NCBI GenBank assembly: GCA_008690995.1
Contig: VRMN01000002.1
Location: 1,426,001-1,490,000 of the forward strand
Origin: Porphyridium purpureum
Lineage: Eukaryota
Length of the DNA stretch: 64,000 nucleotides
Direction: 5' to 3'
The position numbers and the translations under genes are program-made. A model generated the notes under the pieces. It was not told the origin of the DNA. It saw only the letters and a list, made by a program, of their open reading frames with translations, and did not search any database. Of this stretch, positions 1 through 10,846 are shown one piece after another (within the stretch, counting starts at the first letter, position 1; each line of letters opens with the position of its first letter).

Positions 1-1815
1 GCCGTCATCGCCTTGCCGTGACCCTTTCCAAAACGGAGCACGCTCGGACTTTTCAGGAGCGGGAAATTGCGACGGATGATCGCCGGCGGTAGGACTCTTC
101 TGCTCTTCTATTGGCGCGTCGTGGGGCATAACTTGTGTCGATGATGAAGATGATGCCTTGGCTATTTTTGATCGTTGAGAAGGAAAAGAGGTCATGAACC
201 CAGGTACCCTGGGCTCCGGAAGACAGTCAGCAATCATGCCGTGTTCACGGTGTCCCTGATGCGCCTGCTGCTGTTCTGACGACGTGTCAAAAGCCTCATG
301 TGTGTCTGGAAAAGCGTGCGGCTGAGCATCACTGCCACCGCTGAGTCGCAGCTTTTCCTTTTGAAATCCCTTTGCGATGCCTTCAGAAGATTCATCCCTT
401 GACGAAGGCAGAACCCGATTCAAGGACGACTTCTTTCCGTGACTTTTTCTTCCATGCGCCGTGGCATCTTCCCCGAGCACTGCTGCCGCCGCGGCATGCA
501 CGCCATCGCTGGAAGCCAGTCTTGCATCTATTGACCCGGCAGACTTTTGCGATTGCTTGCGTGACAGTGAGGAGAAGGTACGCATCGTCGCGCTTCGTGT
601 GTCGCTGCCAATAGCTGCGTCGTCCAGACTCTGCTGCGAAGAGTGTCCCTTCTTTCTTGAGGGCACTCCATGAATGGCTCGGTGACTGGTGGAGCCCGAC
701 AAGTTATCGTCAGGACTGAGCACAATCTCCTCTCGACTGCTTCCAAAGGAGCGAACTCTATCAGAAAGCGTATGGAGTCGCTGACTACCTCGCCGAAGAG
801 CGGCCATGCTAGTGTCATCGTGATGGTGTTCTTCGACGGCATTAGCAGCCCCTCGCATGGCAACCTTTTGGATGGCGATTGGAGCGCTCTCACGATCCCA
901 GTCGAGTGCCATTCGCGTAGTTAAGCGTGTCGGGACCTGCTCCATTCTGTCCATTTCAATAGCCGATCTCGGCTCGCGTATTTCTGCAGGATTTATCCCG
1001 CCGCGGTAAATTTCAACGCCGGAGCGCTGACGGCTGAGCTCAACTTCGAACTCATCCCGATCAAGCTCTGTCGCGGAACGGGAGGCGTACGCAGCGAGCT
1101 CGTGCGCAGGATCATCCAATACGAATGCATTCATTTCCCCACCGGCGTGTCCAGCAGAGCCGCGGTATGGCTCACGCGGGCGGTCCATTGCCGCACGGGA
1201 CGGAAATTTAATCAGTGACGATTCCATATCGTCATTCTCGCCGTACGCCACGTCAATTTTGAATTTCTGGTCCGCAGACTCGACGTCTGTCCCTGATGAA
1301 TCCGCTGCTTGTTCGCTTGCCTTTTGCTCGGCATCACGCGAACTTGCCGGCGCCAAAACCAGCCCCATCCCATTCGCCTCCATTTGTTCGGCGGTCATGT
1401 TTCTTCCCTCATAATCACATGAGACTGCTGTTACTATACCCACGTTCGCATGTGGCGCGGTGCCTGCTTTGGTCTGTTTTGACTGGCTCAACGAATGGAC
1501 GCTCGGAATTTCCGCAAACACGCTGGATGAATTTGGGGGCGACAAGGACCGCAGTGACCGCGGTTCCGACGGCACAGGCCGCGGCGCGGACAACGCCACG
1601 GGAAACGCCGCATCCGCACTCGACATTCTTTTGCCGGGCGCGCTCGATGGCTCGTACTTCTCCCCCGTCGCGGCGGGCGTTATGCTCGCGTCCCTTGGCT
1701 GCGCGCTCCTGCTTGGCTGTCGCGACGTGCGCTTCAAGCTCGGGAACGCCCACTTTCCCTTCTGCGCCACGGGCACTGCGCCGCCTCCGCCGCTATCTCG
1801 CTGCGCGGCGTCCAT
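1..1815 (-). CDS. Partial CDS: N-terminal >=605 aa of a low-complexity, probably disordered protein; runs off the window start
   Basis: Absent from the ORF track because it has no stop in the window. Manual translation from ATG 1815 (MDAAQRDSGGGGAVPVAQKGKWAFPSLKR...) stays open to position 1. Ser/Ala/Glu-rich, no recognisable domain. Confidence 0.7.
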   Translation of the reverse strand, partial: MDAAQRDSGGGGAVPVAQKGKWAFPSLKRTSRQPSRSAQPRDASITPAATGEKYEPSSAPGKRMSSADAAFPVALSAPRPVPSEPRSLRSLSPPNSSSVFAEIPSVHSLSQSKQTKAGTAPHANVGIVTAVSCDYEGRNMTAEQMEANGMGLVLAPASSRDAEQKASEQAADSSGTDVESADQKFKIDVAYGENDDMESSLIKFPSRAAMDRPREPYRGSAGHAGGEMNAFVLDDPAHELAAYASRSATELDRDEFEVELSRQRSGVEIYRGGINPAEIREPRSAIEMDRMEQVPTRLTTRMALDWDRESAPIAIQKVAMRGAANAVEEHHHDDTSMAALRRGSQRLHTLSDRVRSFGSSREEIVLSPDDNLSGSTSHRAIHGVPSRKKGHSSQQSLDDAAIGSDTRSATMRTFSSLSRKQSQKSAGSIDARLASSDGVHAAAAAVLGEDATAHGRKSHGKKSSLNRVLPSSRDESSEGIAKGFQKEKLRLSGGSDAQPHAFPDTHEAFDTSSEQQQAHQGHREHGMIADCLPEPRVPGFMTSFPSQRSKIAKASSSSSTQVMPHDAPIEEQKSPTAGDHPSQFPAPEKSERAPFWKGSRQGDDG

Positions 1816-2110
1816 CCCAGACCTTCTGTCAGTCCCTCTCCCTTTCCCTCACACACCGACCCACAGCGTGAATCCAAAGTCCACCAGCCGACACACGCCC
1901 GCACCAACTCGCACGCGCTCGCGCTTTTTTTTCTCGCCTCTGCCAGACTGCGCACGCGCGTGTTCTGTAACGGCAGGCCGCATGACTAAAAACGGGCCGT
2001 TTACATATAAAATAGGTACAGTGCTGGTGCGAGCGGTGGTGGTTGGGCCGTGGGTGGCAGGTCGGGAGGGTGAAGGTTGGTAGTTGTGTGTGTGCAGAGG
2101 CGTGCAGGGA

Positions 2111-2280
2111 AGTCTGGTGCCTGCGCGCCCGCGAATGGTCAGAAAGTATTGAGTTGTTCACTTGCAGTCTGGTGCCTGCGCGCCCGCGAATGGTCAGAAA
2201 GTATTGAATTGTTGACTTGCAGTCTGGTGCCTGTGCGCCCGCGAATGGTCAGAAAGTAATGAGTTGTTGACTTGCAGTCT
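2111..2280. repeat. 55-bp tandem repeat, about 3.1 copies
   Basis: Unit AGTCTGGTGCCTGCGCGCCCGCGAATGGTCAGAAAGTATTGAGTTGTTCACTTGC starts at 2111, 2166 and 2221, with 2-3 mismatches between copies. Confidence 0.95.
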
Positions 2281-2403
2281 ATTGCCTGATTTGCTGTTAG
2301 CTCTGATGTCAGTAAAAGCCCCACTCGGAAGGAATACATGCCTATCATTCGGTGCTCATGATCTGGTTTCATTCATACACGTGCGCTAGTCTTGTCATAC
2401 TTG

Positions 2404-4398
2404 TCAGTCGTAGTCAGGATACCCATCGCCTTCGAAATCCGGGTCGTAGTCCTGATCAGAGTCGGTGGGAAAGGTCTCTGGTCGAGAGCTCGGCCCGGCA
2501 CCGGGGGTGGATCGAAGCGTGCGACGCGAAGGTGCGATCCCAGTGCCTCTTGGATCACCATCTACTGGAGCGCTTGGCCCTGAGCCTCCGGCATCCTGAC
2601 CCGAGGCTGAGCGCCCATGCATGCGATCCATGTGGGCACGCAGACGCGCAGGCATTTTAAACTTCTTGGTGCATTTCGAGCACTGGAAAGGTCGTTCTGT
2701 GCTGTGCGCCTGCTGCACGTGTTGCCGCAGGTTTCCGCCATAGCTGAAACGTTTGTCACAGTGCGGACACTGAAACGGCTTGAGATTTTTGTGCACACCA
2801 TGAATGTGCTCCCGGCAGTGGCTTTTCTGTCTGAACTGCCTGTCGCAATGCAAGCACCTATACGCAAGGTGTTCGCTCGGGCTGGTGTTCGCATCTTGTG
2901 GATCACGTTGATGCTCGTAATCTACACCTCTCAGAAAGTGCGATTCGGGGCTTACGTTTCCTTCAGCATCCCAAGGCGGGCCCGGCACACCGCTCACGGC
3001 AGCCATGAGTTCAGCAGCTACCATGTCTGCCTCCGAACCATCTGGATGGCCAGGCATGATATCGGTTTGCATGAATGCAAGATTCGAGGTGTTGGACAAC
3101 ATGGGATCATCATCACGCCACAACGCTGACAAGTGCTGAGTATTCCGACGCGCCTCGTCCGTATGAGCCCATGCAGCACTTCCAAATACTTGACCACTAG
3201 ATTCTTGCTGATTTGGTGCCGGCGCCGGTTGTCGTGAGGACGATGACGCTAGGTCAACCTCTTCCCGGGCCATGCGGCGGTCGGCACCCTCTCCATATGT
3301 CTCCCTGGGTGCCTCTAGCTCTGCTGCTGGTCCGTCCTCCGTATCAGGGTAAATTTCGTACGGATCTAGCAAGACCTCGCTGGGCGTAGGCCTCGCAGGG
3401 AGCCCAACAAATTGAGAATCGTTTCTGCCTGGAGGCGCCCGCCCCGTCCCTGAGCCGGCAATCAAAGCTGAAAGCCCCCACGAAGATTGTGCGCTCTGCT
3501 GCTGTTGCTGCTGAGACTGCGCTCCTGATGCGCTGCTTCCATCACGGGAGGGTTGACTCTCCTGCTGCCGCTGATCTCTCCCAGCGCCTGAATTCCCCTC
3601 ACCTTGCGACTCCCCACTTGCCGAAGCAATGGCTCCGGGAGGGAGACTGCCACCAGTTGTCCTATTTTGCTCAGCACTGGTGCTCCTGAACAATGCTCGA
3701 AAGGCTTTAACAATGTGAATCGAATTCGACGAAATAGCATCTGAAGCACCGCTGTCAGACATGGACGAATGGGACCTCGACGAAGTCGCTGCACTGGAGG
3801 TCCTAGATTGAGAAGGTAGATGTGTCGCGCCGACTTGTACGCTGACCAATCCGTTTGCTTCACTCAGAGACACCACTGAGTTCGCATGTCGCTGTAGATG
3901 CCGATGGGTCTTTTGTTTGGAAGCAGCCAAACCCTTGGTCATCTCGGTAAATGCCGGATCGAAGGCGACACTAAGCTCCCTGAATCGGGAATCCAGTTGA
4001 ACAACTTGATCACCGGGACCAAGAGATGTAGCATCAGTCACCTTGGCTTCAACGTGATCGACATCGCTTCTGTGCCCAGATTCTGGAGTGGAGCTTGCCC
4101 GCTCTTGCGAGACGGGCGGAGACAACGACGACATGCTCGAGACACTCTGATCAAAGGCCACGCATGATGGTCTACGTTGACGCTCGGAATCTTGCCGGTC
4201 GGAATCGTACTGCGCAGACTGCTCGCTCGCTCTGACGGCACGGGACCCGTCTGCCTGATCTGGACGATGGCGAGGCGTGAGCGCACGCTGCGACGGCGAG
4301 CCGTCGACCGACGCCGCGGCGTCCGATCTCGGCGTCCGCGAGGTTCCGTGCTCAGGCGGCATGCCATCTCCACGTTCTCCACCATCGCGCTGCGCCAT
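2404..4398 (-). CDS. C2H2 zinc-finger transcription factor (3 C-terminal fingers, long disordered N-terminus)
   Basis: 664-aa ORF. Fingers CLHC..HIHGVH, CPHC..HVQQAH and CSKC..HMDRMH with KPF/RPF linkers. Confidence 0.9.
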   Translation of the reverse strand: MAQRDGGERGDGMPPEHGTSRTPRSDAAASVDGSPSQRALTPRHRPDQADGSRAVRASEQSAQYDSDRQDSERQRRPSCVAFDQSVSSMSSLSPPVSQERASSTPESGHRSDVDHVEAKVTDATSLGPGDQVVQLDSRFRELSVAFDPAFTEMTKGLAASKQKTHRHLQRHANSVVSLSEANGLVSVQVGATHLPSQSRTSSAATSSRSHSSMSDSGASDAISSNSIHIVKAFRALFRSTSAEQNRTTGGSLPPGAIASASGESQGEGNSGAGRDQRQQESQPSRDGSSASGAQSQQQQQQSAQSSWGLSALIAGSGTGRAPPGRNDSQFVGLPARPTPSEVLLDPYEIYPDTEDGPAAELEAPRETYGEGADRRMAREEVDLASSSSRQPAPAPNQQESSGQVFGSAAWAHTDEARRNTQHLSALWRDDDPMLSNTSNLAFMQTDIMPGHPDGSEADMVAAELMAAVSGVPGPPWDAEGNVSPESHFLRGVDYEHQRDPQDANTSPSEHLAYRCLHCDRQFRQKSHCREHIHGVHKNLKPFQCPHCDKRFSYGGNLRQHVQQAHSTERPFQCSKCTKKFKMPARLRAHMDRMHGRSASGQDAGGSGPSAPVDGDPRGTGIAPSRRTLRSTPGAGPSSRPETFPTDSDQDYDPDFEGDGYPDYD

Positions 4399-6113
4399 AC
4401 TCCTCGCGCGCGATCGCGCGACTCGCGCGCGACCCTATACCTGCCCCGATTGGAACCCTCGGGCTGGTAGCCGTCTGCGCGGCCTTGGGCGGTCAAGGAG
4501 TCTGTGTTCGCGACCGGACATTTCGCCAATCGCCACGCCGCGGCCACAAGCTTCTCGTTCCCTCTTTTTATATACATTATACCCGCCGAAAACAAACACC
4601 GTGAACTGCGAGCCTACCAGGTGTCTACAAACATCCACGGTGTGCGTGCGCTTGTTCGACACAAAAACAAAACAACCAAAAAAAAAAAGGAAGAAAGAAA
4701 ACAATGAGTCGGACGGGTGTTCAGCACAAAGAGCGCAGGCCACACGGAGACGGCGACAGAGCTGGCTGATTGGATGTAGGTCGATCTCAAACATTGTAAA
4801 CGAGGACAGACCCCCCCACACACACACACATGGCCTCAAATTTTTTTTGAAAAGGGAAGGAAAACTGGCGAGGAGCGAGAAACACCCGTAAATTTGTCCG
4901 ACCCACTCTAAAAGCCGCGAGAATGGTGCTATGCGGGCTCGCGGTGATAGTGGTCGTGGTGGCTGGGGCAAAAGCGCGCGCCGAGTTTGATCCACGTGTC
5001 GTGCTGGGTGCGTTAGTGTGTGGTGCTTCCGCACTGCATTGGACAACCTCACGGTATGAACTCATGTGAACTCATTCAAAGCGTCCGTGCGCGCTCGTGT
5101 GGAACAAAGTCGTGTCTCTCGATTCAGTTTCTATTCCAACGACTGGCACGTAGACCGTTGTGCCCCCTCATGTTCTAACCCGCGTGTCTTCCCCTATCCA
5201 TCGGGCGTCGAGCAGTCCTACAAGGAAATGTTATGCGAGTGAGTTCCGAGGAGCATACCAAATCCACGTAGACCAAAATTGTATCTTCCACAAGTGAGGC
5301 GTGCGAGTCAGCTATCGCAACCGCCAACCCCGGCAACGTAAAACAATTCATCGGTGCAAATTACAATTTATGCGGATAAGAACCGAGCGGCGCCAAACCA
5401 CGAGTCGGAGCTGACGAGGACGAAAGGGGGGAATGGCGCGTGTCTTCAATTTGGACCTGTGGAAATCTGTTCCGGCGTCGGGGATCGAAGGTGCCGTGGA
5501 ACACATCAAGTAGCATTGAGGTCACGAAACGTGCATCTGCATGGACACAAGTCGGGTGAGGGGGGGCCATTGTATGGCGGTCAATGTGCCATGACGGTGG
5601 AATACATACTCTACGCCCGCCCAAAGCGGCAATGATTTTATTTGTCACGCAAGCACAAAATACCGTTGACGCGTCACCGTCTCGTTTCATGTGTTTTAGA
5701 AATGAGTTTCTGTCAAGCCGTCAGAATGTGTCCACGCGTCGTTTGAAGAAGAGAAGGTAGTGCGGCAAAGACCGAACGCAACCATCATTATCAAACGGCA
5801 CGGAAGGCGACCGGACGCTTAAAATGGCAAGTCCGTCAAGGCCACACGCCTTCCCAGCTGTAGAGAATGGCCCCTGCGATGAGTTGCTTGGTAACTGAGC
5901 TACGACGGCGGCACGACGCGCAAGTCGAAGGGTAGCTCTCATTTACTCCACGCGCTGGCATTATCCTATTCACACTAGCGCCCAACTTCCTCCTCGCCAT
6001 ACATTGTCTTGACCGCCAAGGCAAAGTCTTGAAACAGCCTGCTTCCTCCGCAATACCATGCCTCCTCGCGAGGCATGCCCGCCAAGTCATGTCAGTACGC
6101 ACGTTCATGTTTT

Positions 6114-9100
6114 CTAGCAAAAGGCCGCCAGATGTTTGTGGACCTCGGCACTGAGCGCCTTGACATCGAACCGGATTTCCTGTGACCGGAAACATCCCGA
6201 TGCCCCGGCGAGGCCGTGGTCTGTCTTTTCGTGCATATTCCACACCTCGTTCATAGCCGTCGGAGCCGCGCCAAAGCGCAGTGACGATTCGGCTGTCGAA
6301 AAGGCTTCACCTTGCTCGTGGACGATACGCATGAAGCCCGTCACTTTGTCTGCGGCCGCCTGCGCCTCTTTTTCCGACATGTGGCTCCTCACGTTCTGAT
6401 ACATCAGACACTTCTGTAGACTCTCATCGTCTGGGTTGGAAATCCAGAACATGTACGAAATGTGCATCGAGCGCGCCATTTTCTGGAACAGATTGATGAC
6501 ATGGGCGAATGGTAGCACCTCGACCATCAGCGCGCCCTGTTTCATAAATATCAAATTTCCGTTGAACTCGCTGTGTGATGTAATGACAACGTCCGCCGCA
6601 TAGAACGCCGCGCGCTGCTGCTCGAAAGACATTTTCTCCACATCGTCAAGCACAGATACCTCGACGCTGTATTTGCCGTTTGTCGCAGCGCCGCCCCGGA
6701 GCGCAGCCGTGAGCGCGTCGACACCGACAAAACTGCGCCCATACCCTGTGCCCTTGCTGTGATCACTGATCCGATTCATGATTACCACACGGAAAGGTCG
6801 CTTTGCGCACTGAGGCAGGAGCGAAAAGGCATCTTGTCCATATTTGTCCTTGAGCGCCCGTAAAAGCGGATGATGTGTGCGAAGACTTGCCGGAATGTTC
6901 GGCTGATTCTTCGAGAATACAATACTCTGGAAAAATACTTTCTTGCGCGGATCTGGTGTTTCAGTGTACATGAAGCGCATGCGAGGCGACATCGAATTAA
7001 GCATCGATAGAATCCATGGCGCGACCTTGGCCTTGTCTGACAAACGGTATTTGGGACGGAGAGTCGCCGCGCTGGGTGCCTTGCAAGGTAAGCCAGCATC
7101 CGCTGCCTCACTGCTCATCTCGCAGCCCATGGTAAACCCGGACAGTGCCGTATCTTCCATCAAAGCACCAAACAAGGTATAGTCCCGATATAAGAAGTCT
7201 CTTGCAAAAAAATGCGCAGCCTTGGCGGTGGCCGCGGTGCCCACTGGAGCAATGAGGTCCACGCTGTGCGCCAAATCTTCCATCGAAAGAAGCGCCTCTT
7301 GCTTCTCCACGGTAAAATACTTTACCGGGTAGGTGATGCCGCATTGTAACTGCATCTCTTCAGTTACTACCTTTTTCAGGCCCTCTTGCACTAGCAACCA
7401 GGTCTTGCCCGACTTGTCCTCCTCCAGAAAAACGTTCGTCAAGCGACAGATGGGCCCTGCAAGATCCGGGTGTCTAAAGGTCTGCACGGCCGCCTCATGC
7501 AGTGCTTGGCCGGGGCCACTAGTGCACTTTGTCTCGGCAAAACTTAGCACAGCGTCCGCAAGACGGTCTGCGTCGACTGTGAAATCTTGATGGCGAAGAC
7601 ACATGGTATGAAAGTTCGGCACGTGCTCCTTTTCGGTATGCAAGTTCCAGGCTTCGTGTATTTTGAGCAACTTGGGGCCCGTGTAATGCGCAAAGTCTGT
7701 CGCGTTATACTCGGCCATGAACACTTCAAGCCTTTTGATGAAAGACTCGACGGATGCGATGGCCGATTTGCGCGTAAGCTCTGTCAGCTCCTTGGCGCGG
7801 CGCTCGACATTGTTGTACATGAGACACTCGCGCAGCGAAGCCACATCCAGTGGCGCGATAGTAAACAGATAATTGACGTCCAAAAGATGGGCAAAGCGTT
7901 CAAATAGGTCGATCGAATGCGAAAAGGGAAGCACTTCAAGAATCAAACCAGAACGCTGGGCAAATATCAGGTTCGTCGCGCCCGCACCGTGGGCCACGAT
8001 TGCCACATCTGGTTCCGCAAATTTGCGCACCTGATATTCAAACGTCTTTCCTTCAAAGTATTCCACGCTGACCTGTACTTCCATGCCGCGCTGCTTGCCC
8101 GTACTCTCCAAGCTCGCCACAATGTTTTCAATATTGTTGAAATGGCGCCCATATCCAATATGCCGCGAGTGATTGCTGATTCGGTCTTGGATCATCACCC
8201 GCAACGGACGCGAACCGTCGCACGCTGGCAGGCGATCACGAAACACTACCCCATTGTTCGAGTATATCGGGTGCTTGCTGCGAAGCTGCACTGGCGGCTT
8301 CTGCTGCTTGCTGACAACAATGCTGCGAAAGTACTGCGGACTCGATGACCGGAAGTACACATCCGGCTCGGGCTGGTACAAAATCCGCAGCAGAGGGGAG
8401 AGCGATCTCAAGAATGCGCGAACCCAATATTGTGTCTTCTCACGCGGCGGAATCATGTACGCAATACGGTACTGATCTGGAGACAGCGGCTCACACGACT
8501 CGCCCTTGGCGTCTGTGCACATGTACTTATACACACCTGTCTGGTACCCTTCGGTATCCCACAAGGTACCAATGGAAGTATAGTCCTGCGTCAAAAACTG
8601 CCTCACGAAATGGGGCATGTGAAACTCGATGTTCTTTTCAAGAGGGTTGACATAGTCATAAGTCTCCTGGTCGGCCGGCAAAATTGCACCTTGTGTCGCT
8701 TCGTCGTAAAAGGCGTAATCAAATGTGAAGCCGCAGTCGCTTGCGTGCTTTTCGATAATTTCTTTGAGCGACTTTGGCAACATGACGGTGGACGACGTGG
8801 CCTTTGACGTGTCAATGTAAACATTGTTGATGCGACACACCGGTGACTTGAGCGTGCTCTCGTCGCGCCCTTCCCACATCTCAAAGCGTGATAGATGCCT
8901 CGAGTCCGTTCCCAGCGTCACGGAAAACGACACGGGCGGGTCCTTCGGTTCGCTCACCGCCGGATTCTCCGCAAGTAAGCGGGCGCTCTTTTCGCCGACC
9001 GATTCTCTTTCGACTTCGGGGTCTGCATTTTTGTTCTGCTCCCCGTCTTGCAGACGCTCCTCTACGACGCCTGACTGCTTGCTGTCTTCGTCTCCCACAT

Positions 9101-9851
9101 GTCCATTGGCCTGCTCATTTGGCTCAGCTTGTGCGTCAATGACACCAGCGCTTCCTTCCACAGGCTGCTGGCTACCGAGCCTTTCCAGATCGGACACTTT
9201 GCGCCCCGCTGCCCCGCTAGCGTCAAGATACGCAGCGAGCGACGGCTGCACGGCGCCGACCTCATTCTGATCTTGACTGCTCATATGCATCCCCGCGAGC
9301 ACATCATGTATTGAGGGCGGCGCCGACGAGAATTTGAATACCAGCAGTAGGATCGCACCGACAAGCAGGAGCACGGAGGCGAGCAGTACTGTCACTCTGG
9401 CATGCGACGCGGACGACGCATGTGACGGCTTCTGCAGCGAGCACCAAATGCGGTTGATCCAGACCTTCCACGAAGCAAACCACCGCTGCAGGCGAGATCC
9501 AGTTCCCATACCGATTCTCTGCTGTCCTGCCGCCTCTGCATCATACGCATCAAACGACTTGACTGTCTTTGCACCGCCGCCCGCCGCACTCGCTGTACTC
9601 TTCACCTTGGCCGCGGCGGCAGACGAATCAACTCCTCGCGGGCGCGCACGCGGCGCGCGAGACACGCTACCTGCGTTCGATGCGCCCGTCCCTGAACCAG
9701 TCTTTGTCCCACCACGCGCCGTGCCCGCGGCGCTGCTCACCGCCGTGCGCGAAGCCGCGGTGGCGCCACGAGGCGCGCTGCCCGTCGCCGCCGCGCCCTT
9801 CTCAGCCTTGACTGGCACCGACGCATTCCGCCGGCCAGACCTACCCTCCAT
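6114..9851 (-). CDS. Type II membrane glycosyltransferase, GT61-like, two tandem catalytic-like domains
   Basis: Transmembrane segment VTVLLASVLLLVGAILLLVF. GT61-like motif FEYQVRKF..DVAIVAHGAGATNLIF..LEVLPF, and a second copy FEQQRAAF..DVVITSHSEFNGNLIF..VEVLPF. Start placed at MEGRSG (9851); the ORF is open to 10181. Confidence 0.75.
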   Translation of the reverse strand: MEGRSGRRNASVPVKAEKGAAATGSAPRGATAASRTAVSSAAGTARGGTKTGSGTGASNAGSVSRAPRARPRGVDSSAAAAKVKSTASAAGGGAKTVKSFDAYDAEAAGQQRIGMGTGSRLQRWFASWKVWINRIWCSLQKPSHASSASHARVTVLLASVLLLVGAILLLVFKFSSAPPSIHDVLAGMHMSSQDQNEVGAVQPSLAAYLDASGAAGRKVSDLERLGSQQPVEGSAGVIDAQAEPNEQANGHVGDEDSKQSGVVEERLQDGEQNKNADPEVERESVGEKSARLLAENPAVSEPKDPPVSFSVTLGTDSRHLSRFEMWEGRDESTLKSPVCRINNVYIDTSKATSSTVMLPKSLKEIIEKHASDCGFTFDYAFYDEATQGAILPADQETYDYVNPLEKNIEFHMPHFVRQFLTQDYTSIGTLWDTEGYQTGVYKYMCTDAKGESCEPLSPDQYRIAYMIPPREKTQYWVRAFLRSLSPLLRILYQPEPDVYFRSSSPQYFRSIVVSKQQKPPVQLRSKHPIYSNNGVVFRDRLPACDGSRPLRVMIQDRISNHSRHIGYGRHFNNIENIVASLESTGKQRGMEVQVSVEYFEGKTFEYQVRKFAEPDVAIVAHGAGATNLIFAQRSGLILEVLPFSHSIDLFERFAHLLDVNYLFTIAPLDVASLRECLMYNNVERRAKELTELTRKSAIASVESFIKRLEVFMAEYNATDFAHYTGPKLLKIHEAWNLHTEKEHVPNFHTMCLRHQDFTVDADRLADAVLSFAETKCTSGPGQALHEAAVQTFRHPDLAGPICRLTNVFLEEDKSGKTWLLVQEGLKKVVTEEMQLQCGITYPVKYFTVEKQEALLSMEDLAHSVDLIAPVGTAATAKAAHFFARDFLYRDYTLFGALMEDTALSGFTMGCEMSSEAADAGLPCKAPSAATLRPKYRLSDKAKVAPWILSMLNSMSPRMRFMYTETPDPRKKVFFQSIVFSKNQPNIPASLRTHHPLLRALKDKYGQDAFSLLPQCAKRPFRVVIMNRISDHSKGTGYGRSFVGVDALTAALRGGAATNGKYSVEVSVLDDVEKMSFEQQRAAFYAADVVITSHSEFNGNLIFMKQGALMVEVLPFAHVINLFQKMARSMHISYMFWISNPDDESLQKCLMYQNVRSHMSEKEAQAAADKVTGFMRIVHEQGEAFSTAESSLRFGAAPTAMNEVWNMHEKTDHGLAGASGCFRSQEIRFDVKALSAEVHKHLAAFC

Positions 9852-10846
9852 CGCGAAGCATCCAGCCACGCAGAACCACGCACAGATCCGCACACCACCT
9901 CCTCCTCCCCCCTCCTCCCTCTCGACCTTTCTGTCTCTCGCCACCGCACTCGGGCTTGTCCATTTTCGCGTGTCTGCCTGATCGCTCATGACTGTACACC
10001 CACCCACACGCCGTTCTTGCCACACATTCTCACTGTACCGCACGCGCATCCCATCGGTTTCCGGTTTCGCGGCAAGCGGTTTTACGGTTTGGCGTGTGGC
10101 GCGTGAAACAAAGAATGGGCGGTGGTGCCAAGCAGATGATGTGCAGACGCGTGCACGCACACGCCCTGCGAGATGGTGCATTCAACGCGGAGCGCATGAG
10201 GTGTGTTTCTCATCCTCCCCTTTTCGCCCTTTTTCCAGAAAAGAACCGCACGTTTCCCATGTGTCTCACGCAACGCGTCTCATCTACCCAACCACATCCG
10301 CCGGCAGCTCTGCCCGGGATCAGCGTCGTCCGGACTCGCACAGTACGACGAGGCCCGCGTATTTTGACTTGTTATCATGCGCAACGAGGAAAGAAGGCCG
10401 ACGAGGCCGTGTCCTCCTCGACGACAGCGACAAGCGACTTGTAGACCAGGCAACACCACGCGACCGGCAACCGCAAACGACAGCCAGGCACCTTTCAGGC
10501 GCCCATCCCCACGCGCCTTTGCTCCCGGCAGCTACCAATGTATCCGGTCGACCTCTAGTATGAACTTGGCAGCGTTCAATCGCGAATCCGCTCTACTGCC
10601 TTGCTCAAATCCGTTTCGCACAAATGTTCTCCTCGCCTGCTGAACAGGGACAAATGTAAGCACGGTGCGATCGGATGTTCTGTAGGTGTTCTGTGACTGT
10701 ACAGTGGGTGTACTGTGGTTTGACGGATGGCGGGCAAGAAGGCGCACGGGGGAGCAGAAAGGCGGAAAGGGAAGAAGGCGGTCAAGGTGGGAAGGTGGAG
10801 TAGGTGCGGTGGAGTTGTTGTGGGTCGGTGGGCGGCGTGAGGTGGG

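Noticed and set aside
2111..2280. Possible CRISPR-like array
   Set aside because: The units are contiguous with no unique spacers, there are no cas genes, and the context is eukaryotic.
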